Below, piece after piece: positions 22,701 through 34,700 of a stretch of DNA of 64,000 nt. Both the position numbers and the translations under genes were made by a program. The DNA is taken from the NCBI GenBank assembly GCA_048013815.1, contig CM106586.1, positions 6,138,001 through 6,202,000 of the forward strand. The letters are read 5' to 3'. Numbering within the stretch: the first letter of the stretch is position 1; every line of letters starts with the position of its first letter. This DNA is from Setoptus koraiensis (Eukaryota; Animalia; Arthropoda). The notes below the pieces were generated by a model. It was not told the origin of the DNA. It searched no databases and was given only the letters and a program-made list of their open reading frames with translations.

Positions 22701-25700
22701 TGCCTGACACACTCGATATTTGCCAGCCAGCGGTGCTGTTGTTGTTGTTGTTGTTGTTGTTGTTGTGCCAGCTGGTGCTAATACTTATATAGTGTGCTTA
22801 TTATTGGCGGGCGCCTCACTGTCGCCGGGCCACGCCAGCTTGAGCTGATAACTGCTCAACTGAGGAGCCTGCGTAATGGAGCTTGTTGTTATTTTATAAC
22901 AACGTATATTTACGTATAAATACATAAATATATAAATATATAAAGCGCGGCGCCAAGGTGAGCTCTGGCGCTTCCGAAGATGATAAATAAATAAATAAAT
23001 AACTAGATCGATAGATAAACAAACAATGTCTCACAGTTGCACCGACTGCACGAGATCCCGCGATATCGCAGCCATTTTGCCAAGAAACACACACACACAC
23101 ACGCAAACGGGTTTCCATCAATGGGGCCAGTGCATTGTGTCAACTTTGCATAGTTGCACTTTGCCAGTCAGCTGACAAAGTTGCCATGCCAGTGCATTAT
23201 GAGTGGAAATCAATAGAGAGATCTCTTTTTATCCGAGGGGCCGGCAAGCTGACATTTGGCCCTGGATACAGTGGGGGCACGAGTAGATGCAACCAGCAGC
23301 GCCCCAATCCAATTATTACAAAATGCTTTGTGTGTTGAAAAAAGAGAACCAACGCGTCCAATAGAACCGCTCTTGAGACGTTGCGTTTGGTTGGGGGCCC
23401 CGCGACGGCGCGCGTTTTTTGCTGGCTTCTTTTGGCTGCTCATACGCGTACACACAAGTGAATAAAAGAGAAAGTGAAAGAAATCTCGACATGAATCGAT
23501 GCCACGATCACGCCCCAATGCATTTGGGCTTGTCAAATGAGACGCGCCAGCAATAATTGCTGGTCTTCGCTGGCCTCACTAGGTGTGCGATTCCGACAGT
23601 GTGCGCACTACAGCTAGGGCGATTGTACAACCATTGTAGTCGCTACAAACAAACAACAACAGCGACAACAACAGCAGCAGCAGCAACAACAACAACAGTT
23701 ACGTAACGTACAGTTGACACAGTGTGTATGTGTTGCACGTTTAATAGCCAGCACGAGCACGCTGTTGATAGCGTTGGTCGGATAGTGGTAATCGGCATTA
23801 CGCAATAGAAGAGACTAGCTAATCGCTTATTATCCAGTTGCCACGTGCTATTTCCAGTGCACAGTGTGTTGTTTTAATAAAGTTCCGCTAGGCCTCGCTA
23901 GTTACAATTGCCGGTGAGCGAGGAAGAAGGGTTGCAAGTTGCAAGTTGCAAGGGCGAGCTAGGTGAGCCGCCAACTGCAACTAGCAAACTAGACGTGACT
24001 GTGTGTTTATATAATAATAAATTTGTCGCTGTTGTCGTCGCGACTCGCGACAAAATCAACTGCGACGACAGCAACTATTACGACAGTTGCAACAACGGTA
24101 GCGACAAAAATGAAACTTGCAAACTCGAGCAAGGGCACACCGTCAATTAACGGCGGCGCAAGCACACTTATTGACAACAATGGCAAGACAAACAGATAGT
24201 TTTAGCAGTCTCGTCGCAATTGAAACAGTGACAATCTTATTTTGGCAAACACTGGTCGACACTAAAGAACACTTATTTGATTGCCATGACAACATGATAC
24301 CTTGATATTGGCAGCGATACAACTCGATCTCTGGGCCATTCGTTAGTTGGACTGGTGATAATTTGCACGATTAGCTGATATTGCGCGCTACTCGACCTAT
24401 CAACTGGCTCAGCCTTGTTTCAAAATCGATATCATTGGCCTCTCGAAACACAACGGCCATTTCGTGGGCAACAAATGCAACTTCATCTTGTTGTTTCCAC
24501 ACTCACTGGCACTCATCGCAAGCCACCTACGACCACAAAATATCCCCATGGCCAATATTGGCATATGCGGATATTGGCTGGCGTCTGTGCGCTGGACGAG
24601 TCAGACGATGCAGACTAGAGATGCGCCCAATTTATCCGTCGGCCGTAACTCGCACTTGGTACCAATGCATTCACACATCAATCTGGATTCCATGTTCCGG
24701 AAGGTATCGCCAGAACGAGTGAAAGTCCGCCAAAGAACAACCGAAATTCGGACGCATATCCGAACCGCTGCATATCGCATATCGTTTAGTTGAATGTTTG
24801 CCTACATTTGCACCATGGCTTCGATGCTTTTTCTCTGGCCAGATTGCATGCACATCTATGGATAATCGCACATTTTCTCAGATATTCAAATCGCAAATGG
24901 ATAACTGGCTAATAATCGGATTATCGTATATGCTGGCCTAATAAACGAATGGCTGGCTCATTCAATTGGTCGGCCTTTACATCCATAATGGGCATCTAAC
25001 TCGCTTACAAGCTGTTAGCAAAAATATTGGCGCCAATGTGGTGCCACAATGCTGACTAAAATTTTGGAGCGAGCAAGCTCCATTGAAGGAATCGAGAGTA
25101 AATGATGGAGAAAATGGAAAATGGTTTGCAAGCACCAAGCAGCGACCCCACGAACCAATCAGACGGGTGAAATTTTATTTTAAGATAATTTATTCGTTCG
25201 TGATCGATGCCGCATGAGACACAAGGTTGGTTTAATTCAGCGGGTGGCTCTAAGAGACAATTCGAACAACGGTGGCACCCCCGTCGAGCTATCGACACAG
25301 GCCAATGGGGGAGCAGTACGCTGGCAGCAACTTGGAACGAGCTCAAAATGAAGTTTTATTGGCTCTATTGGAGCAAAGCGGAGAGTGAAGCGACTCGGCG
25401 AGAAAAAGGCCCAGCAAATGACCAGAAAGCACGCGAACCAATTAACCAATCAACAAAACAATTTAATCAGTCGAGTGAAAATTTATTTTAAGATAATTTA
25501 TTCGTTTGCGATCGATCTTGGCGCGATTAGACTTGCGCGAGCTTGATTCTCGGGGATCCAAGAATCGGTTCGGGGGAATTTTGGCGCCATTTTAAGAATA
25601 GCAGCCATTCCAAGAATCCCGAAAGCATCGCAAAGAATCACAGTCAGCATGAGGCCATTCGGTGAGATTGCACCAAGTTGCACTGCTCAAAAGTGAGCGA

Positions 25701-28700
25701 ATTAAAAGTGTGCCCCAAATTAATTTGTGAGTAGCTGGCATTGCTCACATAATCGGCTCGCTCACACCTAGCCAATTGTCGTGATTGGTTTTTGGTGGGG
25801 GCGCCGGCAACTTTGGAGGCGCCGCTGTCAAATTACTTAGTGAACCACTGAACAACTAATTGCCAGCCAATCTCGACTGCGACGACGCCATACTGCGCGC
25901 GACCTTTTATAATCACTTATCCGGCGGCAGCAGCAGTCAGCTCATCTGGGCCCAAATGAGCTCGCTGAGTCTCTGTCTATCGGGGGCCCAAACATGGCCA
26001 AATTTGTTGCTTAAACAAAGGGGGCGCGCACAGCTTGTTGTTGTTGTTTCATTAAGTTGTCCCATCAAAATTGGGCCAGCTTAGTCACGTTTGAGGAAGC
26101 GGGCGTTGGTGGCGAGTGGGGAGCCCGCAGTCATTTGGATGTGAAAGTTGCGTTGAGATGCGCATCGCAATCATTAACAAGTCGCTCTATCTAATTGTTG
26201 TCCCCCGCTAGCTGGCTGGCTGGCTAGCGAAGCGGCTCGCGTGCGATACCCGACAACTAATAGACGACGACAACAACAATTGGACCGGCCGACTTTTTGG
26301 CCGGCCGATGACGTGACAAATGCAACTGTTCATTTTGGCAACTTGCTGCCCGATGCCCGCTGCCCGCTGCGTTATGCGGAACAAGAGACGCGGGACTTCC
26401 TGTCATCTTTAATCCCGTAATACCCGTTATGTAGCCCGTTATGTGTGGCGGCTCGTTAAGAAACTGTCCGGACAGTGGTCGGCGTGACTCGGCCGTTGGC
26501 CGGTAGTCGCTGTTGTTGTTGCCGCTGCTGTTGTTGTTGTTGTAATGGGGTGCCAATCGTGCTATCAGCCAAACCATTTTTTAGCTGCTTTTATTCGGGC
26601 AAGGGGAGGGCAATCATTAACGATTATAACCGTTTTTGTTGCATTATGGTCACCGGAAACAGCGCCAATGCAACAGCGCAACCAAGGCATCTCATTAGCA
26701 GTGTGAGGGTGCGATATGACATTGGCACTGGTTGGCTCATTGTTTGTTGCCGGCTAACTATTTCCTGATTTTGTACACGGCTCAAACTGTCATGCCTCGC
26801 ATCGCATTGGCTCGTACGAGTCACATTGGCAAGCGACTCAATGATTGTGTATGTCGCCTATACACACAGGTGACAACATAAATTGTCATTACGCAATACA
26901 ACGCTCTCATTCCGATTGAACGCGATGAGTTCATTTGCAGCACGCGTTTGCCTTAAAAGATAGATCAGATCAGTTATTGCATGACGATGGCGCGGCTAGC
27001 AGGCATTGATGCTAACGAGCTTTGTATTTTATAATAAATGCCATTCGGCATTATATAAAATTTATTATAAAATTTATCTGACATTTGTGGCCGCGTCTAG
27101 CTTGCGTCTCTCACCGTTATCACTCACTGGCGCTGTAACTGATAAGTTATCAGTGATAACTTTTGTTTGTTATTACTGGCAGCGCCGACTGGCAGCACCG
27201 ACGGGCAGCATTGGCAAAAAGATTTGTGCTAATTGACTGCTAATCATGACTTATACTCTTCACACACCTGAGATTTGTTGTTCAACTTCAGTTGGTCGGT
27301 TTGTGGGTGCAAATACATGAGCCCAGCAGATAAAACATTGCGATAAAAGTTTATTTATCGCTCGATATCTGGCCCCTTTCACTCGGCCCATAGCTGACAA
27401 TTGAGAGCAAGGCTTGCAGCAAATGTGAGCTAGGCCGACACTTATTGCTGCATGTATATTGTGTTTTAGTATACATTATGGTGGCGTAGGTGTTGTTGAC
27501 AAGTGACATTTGAACATGCATTGAAGATGCATTATCACTCGTGCCGTGTTACGTATTGACAGGCTAAATAATGATCAGCTATTGATGTGACTTTATGTGC
27601 TGTTTATAGAGACTTTTGTTAGCTACTTGAGTGCACACAAAACAACAATTGTCATTACTCTTACCCGTACCGTTGTCTTGTCCGACAAGCGCATTCTAAC
27701 GAGCTTGTGAGGTGCAAAAAGGTGCAAATGGAAAAAGCCAACTGGAGACAAACAGATAACAGCAAGGCACTTTTGTCTGAATTGTGTAGCCAACGACATC
27801 TTCCAGATTGCGCCCAGATCTGGCGCTTAGATCTACAGCCATAGCACTAATCGAATCTAGCGGGCGCATTGGGCGCAATCCGGTTGGCCGTTGCTGATGC
27901 GAGAGGCCTTGTGATGCGAAAGGCTGTGCCGTTATTGCGATTGATAATAATAATAAATTACTTGTCGCGTGACAGAACCAAACCGGATCAGATGGACACA
28001 GGTCAAGTGAGTGACTTTTGCCTATTCTGCCATTTGACCATTTCGCCGTCGAGTTGCGACTCGCAACTCGCCGGCAACAGTCGATGGCAAGCGTCGATGA
28101 CAAGAGCGAGAGTCTCTCTTGGTGTCGGTCGCTGAGTTTGTGACAATCTTTTTGTGCTCGGGCCACCTTGACAGGTTTGTCTGACTAGATGGATGAGCAC
28201 TGTCCATTGAGCCACTGCTCAGTCAGTGACTGACCGTTACGGGCACCCATTTGGCCGCCAGCCCGCCAGCCAGACCAGATCAGCTGGTCATTAGTGATTA
28301 CACTTGTCTTAGTGTGTGTGTGTGTGTGTTATTATTATTGATGCAACTGTCAACTGTCAACTATCAGCTGTCAACTATCAGCTGTCAACTATCAGCTGTC
28401 AACTGTCAGCGCTGCTATGTTGTGTGTGTCACCTGGGCCCGGCGTTAACGGTGATTTCAACGGCGCAGACCATTTGCAGCAGCGCAGCCATTGTGTTGTT
28501 GTGGGTATAATAAGGCAAACACACTGTGTAACACTGTATAACACTGTATAAAGTGGCGGATACACTAATACTATTTACATCTACATGCACTACAAATATC
28601 GCAGCCACGAATATCGCAGCCACGAATATCACAGCTGACGGAGTGAGCGAGGGACAGAGAGGGGGTAACAGAGACAGTGAGCGGTGATTTGAGCGAGCTG

Positions 28701-31661
28701 CCAGATAAACCGACGATATTATCATGACGCAATTGACTTTTGTTGTTGTTTTTGTGCTTGGCGAGCGAGTAACTCAATATATCGGTTATCATGATCATTA
28801 GAATAATAATTATAAACAGTGCCTCTGTCAGAGCTAACTCTCGACTTGACAGTGCAGCCCAACAGTGCAGCTCGACAGTGCAGCTCGACAGTGCAGCTCG
28901 ACAGTGTAAGCTAGCAAATTAAAGAGTGCAAGCCAACGGTCTGACAGTTTACATTGCGCACTCACAACAGTCACAACAGTCACAACAAGGATAACGGCGT
29001 GCAATTGTCTGAAATGGTCCAGTGAGTGGCGTTTAGCATTTTGAGCAGCAGCCAGATAAAGAAAACAACACACACACGCACACATTTACATGAGAGGTGC
29101 ATATAAACAAGTGATTCAGTGAGACAAAAGTCAATCTTGTTGTTTCGCTGCCAGCCAGCCGTGGGCCCGTCACAACTGCGCGCTGCCAGCCTCATTTAGA
29201 TGGCTGCTTGGCGAGCTGGCTTGGCGAGCTAGCCTGGCGAGCGAGCGGCTCCAAATAGCGTCATTATTGTAATCGCGCACACGCACTGTAGAGATTTAAT
29301 GGTTCATGCTGTTTGCTCTGCTGCCTGTTTGGCCAATTACAACAGCTCGTGTGTCGCGGGCCCCACTTTTTCCACGCGACTCGCCCGCAGTCGGCCGGTG
29401 ACAGCGAGCAGCCAGCAGCCAGTTGTTTGGTTGTCCGGTTGTCACTGACAAAGCGAGCCAGTCCAAAGTAAACAATGTCACTAATCAGCTGACCTGGCAG
29501 CGGGCCGCCAGTTGAACGGCCAGTGCAATAACCCGTCACATTTGGAGGTACCGCCGCCTCGCACAGCGCCACGTTGCGTCTAATTGTCGGCCGCTATGTG
29601 CGCTGTTCAACAGTGACTGTCGCTGCCGTTGCTGGTGCAGTTGTCAAATGTCACGCAGCTCGCGCTCTTTTTCACTTGTCGTTGATGCATGCCATTTGTT
29701 AGTGTCATTAGCGCCACTGGCGCCCCTGTGACGTGCGCCCTCTCAATTGATTATCTCTATTATATTGTTGCATTGTGGCAGCCGTCGTTTCAATCAATTG
29801 AAATAAAGGCTTGCGCTGTTGTGATTGGGGCCCCAATCACAACAGCGGCCACAGTGCAACTGTGCACTGTGTGCACTGTGCGCCGTATTGCCCATTACTG
29901 AGCTGCGCCAAATGGGCATTTTATTGGGGCCCATTTTGGGAATGAGCCATGAATAACCGGATAATCGGCTGCACATTTGGCCACTTGTGCCGCTCACAAT
30001 TGTCAATGTACAACGTGTACAACGTGCAAGTTTTACACACACAACAACAGCCCTTAACTCAGGTAAGTAACCTGCAAATTTTCAGTGAAAACTTTTCACT
30101 GGACACTCACTGGTTTCAACTCGAATGAGCGGCCCTTTTCCATTTTTAAGCGACGCCATTTTGAATTTTCGCTTTATTTTACAGCCATTCGGCCAAAATA
30201 AACCAGCTCGGTATGATGCAAAATTATGCAATGCCCCGGGCTACGTACGCGCCGCACCAACAACGTGTCCGTTGGTGGCCGAGCCGAAGTGGCGGGCGCA
30301 CCGCTGGTGCAACACCAGCGTGGCTGGAACGATACGAAATGGGCCGACCGAGACATTGCGGCCACCCGACAACATTGGCCGGCCGCAACGGCGCCCGGCC
30401 GGCGGGCCCGCCGCTGATGAGCCGGCTGATGGGCCGGCCGGCTAACTGTCTTGCAAGACCATTAGTGTGCCTATTAAGCGTTATATATTATGCGATGCCT
30501 AGCAGTCTCGTTAAAGATCATTACGTCATGCATGTGTGAGCACTGTAATAGCCGCGGCAAACTGTTGGCCGGCTGCGCGGGCAGCACGCGCAACACGCGC
30601 AACATTTCCCGTCGTGTTGCTGCGAGATATGCCGCCATGCTGCGGCGAGCTCGCCAGAGAGATGCAGCAGCTACGGCAAAGCGAGAGAGAGAGAGAGAGA
30701 GAGAGCGACTAATAAAGTGCAATAGACACACAGCAACGGAAGCGGGCCCCAGTTGCCGCCAGTTGCCGCCGGTTGCCGCCAGTTGCCGCCAGTCGGAGAT
30801 GCCGTTACGCAATTCATGGCGATATTGATACATGATAAGACAGGCAGCGCAGATTATTTATTATTTGCCGGTGCCGCCGGTTTGAGCTGGCGCCAGCAAA
30901 TAACACGAGTGGCGCTGTCGTAATAAGCGCGCACACACTCTGCCGCTGCCGCCGCCGTACAGAGAGATAAATTGTCGCTAATGAAATATCGACGGCTTTT
31001 GTCTCAGCGAGCACTATCGCGTCGGACATAATTAAGAAATAAACACAAACATGGCTGCTTGCGGCCAATAATCGCTGCCGGCCACCGCAATCGACGCGGC
31101 CCCAACTGGCGGGCTAATTCACTAATTCTGGCCGCTAATCTGGCAGCCGCAGTTGCCAGCGTGTTGCCGGCAACGCGGGGCCTCACGAGCAAAGCCAGCT
31201 TTTGGTTGCAGCTCGGCCCGCTTCTGGCGTGTTGTGGCGCGCTCTGGCTGGCCCGCCGGCAGACAAAAGGTGCGCTAGTGGGCCCCAAGTGCGCACCAGC
31301 CCCCAAAGCAGGCGAAAATCTTATCTCACAACCGCACACACACGCACACTCTCACAGATTACATAACTGACTATTAGCGGTTAGTGGGCCGCTGCTGCTG
31401 CTGGTTTTTGATTGCAGGTTCGCAAGATGGTCGCCGATGAAGCAACTAAACTGTCGGATCGACAACAACAACAACAACGCCAAACAACGGCCCAGTTAGA
31501 TGAGGCCCCGCTGCCAGATTGGCCAAGATATCCGACTGGCGAGATAGCGATCAAGTGCGAGCGTGCGGGCGCGCTCGATGCCAGCCAGCGGCAGCACATT
31601 TTATCGATTATCTGATTCGAGTCGCCAGCTTGCCAGCCTGGCGAGATCATCTCTCACCAGC

Positions 31662-31708
<47 letters not shown>

Positions 31709-34700
31709 GCGCGCGCGCGTTACATAATAGTTATTAAGATCGATTCCGTGGCAGCTTCGTTAGCTTCATTTAACTCGCCGGCAGGCGGCAGCGCGGCAAT
31801 TGTTGTGCTCAATTGTGTTGCTCGGTTGTTGGTGCCCGGTGGCTGCTCAGTCGTGTTGGCGCCGTCGGGACCCGGCCGGCAAACCTGGCCACTGGCCCGC
31901 TGGGCCGCCGGTCCGCAAACTCAACCGTTGGCGGCCCCAAACGCTGGCCCGAAAGCTGGCTCCTCATTTCAGCGCCAGATTTCAACGCCAGATTGCGCGC
32001 TTTGCAAACAGCGCCCGGCCCCCGGCCCCCCAAGAATTGGCCGCTCAATGAGCGCTCAACTCATTGAGATCCGCCAAACACAGCTAGCGGCACAAGACGC
32101 AAAATAAGACGAGTGATTGTATCTAGACTACATTACATAATGAAATTAAGCGAGCCGTCGCCGCCGCCGACGCCTATGTGAGCCGTGGGCTGTTGTTGCC
32201 GGATCATGCAGCTCGCTGGCATGCAACGTGGGGGCCCGCTTGAGGGAGCACACAATTGCTGTCAATTTGCGCCAGTCAAACACCAGACACCAATCTGTGC
32301 CACCAATCCGTGTTAAGACGAGAAAGAAGAAAGAGAGCGAATGTTGGCGCCAGATTGGCCCGCAATCGGGCGCCAACTTGTGCGGCCCGACACCCGGGCG
32401 TCCGCCCGGCCGACCCATTGTGCCAATTTGGCCCATTCCGGCCGGCCCGGCGCAATCCAACGGCGCAATGGGCACGCAATGGGCACGCAATGGGCACGCA
32501 ATGGGACGTTGTGTGGCGAAATTCTATGGAATTCATGGGCACAAATTGGAGAGAATTTCGCAGAAAAAGCAGCCACTTTTGAGGGGCCCCAAATTTCTCC
32601 GACCGACTGAAGGGGCCCGAGTCACAGCCTCACAAGTTGTGAGCCACAACAGCCACCGCTGAGACGCTTTCTGGCGCGAACCAGCCAGCCAGCAATAACA
32701 ATAATACTAATGGCTGTGCGGCTGGCCGCTTGCCACTGAAAAGTAATCTTGTTTGCCCATCTCGCCAGCGGAATCCCGGCAGCGGAATCTCGCCGGCGAA
32801 ATCTCGCAGCGGCGCCAGCAGCCAATCGGTCGTCTGTTTGTTCATGCCAATGATCATTGATTATGGTTGTTGTGGCGCCGCCGATCAGCCGCGAGCCGGC
32901 AATTGGGCCAGAGCGCGGGCTAATTTGGCCGGCTCGCGCGGTGATACCCGCCAGCGAACGCTGCCACCGGCTTACGCCGGCTCGCCCGGCCGGAGCCCCA
33001 ACTGCTTTTAAGTGGCGCCGGCGACAGTTGCGGAGTTTGTCGAAGGGCGACACTTGGCGAGTTTTTCCAGTTGCACGGGGGCCGGATTGGCCGGCCGACC
33101 GCTATCACCGGGCAGCTTATGCTGCTTACACGGATAGGCTTTTTAGCGCCATTAGCAGGCCGTTCGTCCAGTTTATCCGCCGACTGCCGACCGAGTTTAT
33201 CCATTTAGCTCGCCTGGCTGCCCGTCGATACGTCGTGCACGAGCGACTAGTGGCGCCCCTCAAGCGGCGCCCGTCAAACAACAAGCGGCCCGCGACAAAT
33301 TGAATTGGTGCCACTTGTCGGACGATTCTTCTGCGAATTGATTTGTGTCAGTGTGCGATTGTGCCCTGTCTATTTTGCCCATTGTCCGGTTGATTCGCTC
33401 ACAATTGCCCGATACAGATATGACATGAGACGGCCACATGCTCATAATCTGGGCCGGCGAGGGGCCGCTGAAAATCGCCCATTCTCGACACTGACCATTG
33501 CCAGCAACAATAAACCATTCATACATTTATTGTCCGTTGTCGAACACTGTGCAACGTTTGGCACAGTTTGGTTGCAAACCAAACAGCCACTTGCACAGTG
33601 AAAACAGTGCGTTCGGGGCCCGCTGTCCGGCCCCAAACAAATCCCGTCCTGTCACAGCATATGCTGTGACAGTGGGGGCCGCCTGTCGTCAAATGCCGAC
33701 AATCGGCAGCCAATAAATGTTGATGACGCGTCAATTTGGCAGCACCTGTCAGGCCATGGATTGACTTTTGACTGACATGCTCCGGCCGGCCCCAGTTGAT
33801 GACTATCAAAGTGCAAAGTGATTGTGTAAACTGTGCACTGCGCCTCGCTGACACATCGCACAGGCCACTCGAATCGACGCAAGCGCCCCCTTGTCGAGGC
33901 AAGATAATTCTTGTGCATTCATGCAATAAGAATGATCTTGCCCGTCGTCTTGTCGATCGTCGATCGGCAGCCTCTCAAAGTCTGGCGACTCGAAAGTCTC
34001 AAATCATTTTGGGGCGCCTGGGCCAGCCTGCCCAAAATGGGCCGGCGAGCCATTGTGAGGGGCACTTGAGCTGTTGTTTCGCAGACGCCAGCATTGCTGT
34101 CCGGCCGGCCTGTGCCAGGCGGGCCCCGACGCAAACGCTGGCCGACCAACGCAAACGCCGGCCGACCGACGCATTCGTGGCAGCAAGTGAAGCCGCCAAG
34201 ATTATGTGAGCTGATCCAGTGTTGACTTGGGGCCCACTCCGGCCAGTTGTTTATCTGGCAAGCAAAAAGCACTCATTATGGCGAGCGTTGTCGTGTGGGC
34301 CTAGGCTGCATCTTGGAGCAAGATTCTCGCTCTCAAGAGCAAGATTCTTGGAGCAAAATGTAGCTCGGAGCAAGATACTAGTGGCTTGGACAGGGCCCAG
34401 TCCGGCCACGCTCAAAGGCTGCCACTGGTCGGCCCGCTGCCGAATCAGCATACAAACCGAGCGCTATATGTGTCGGGCGCTTTAAAAGGCAATGGGGGCC
34501 CCCAACAGTCCAATCCGAACACTAACAATCGCCAGTGTTTGCCCGCCAAATGCCCGCTTTCAATTTGACCTGACCACACTCGTGCTCACTGACCTCTGGC
34601 GCACAGTGTACGTGCCGATGTTGTCGCAACAGCAAGAAATATACCGAGAACACATATATATATATATATATATATTATCAAAAGAGAAGAGAGAATGTCG

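Noticed and set aside
27263-27285. Resemblance to miR-87 on the minus strand
   Set aside because: The seed differs (TGAACAA versus TGAGCAA) and there is no complementary arm to form a hairpin.
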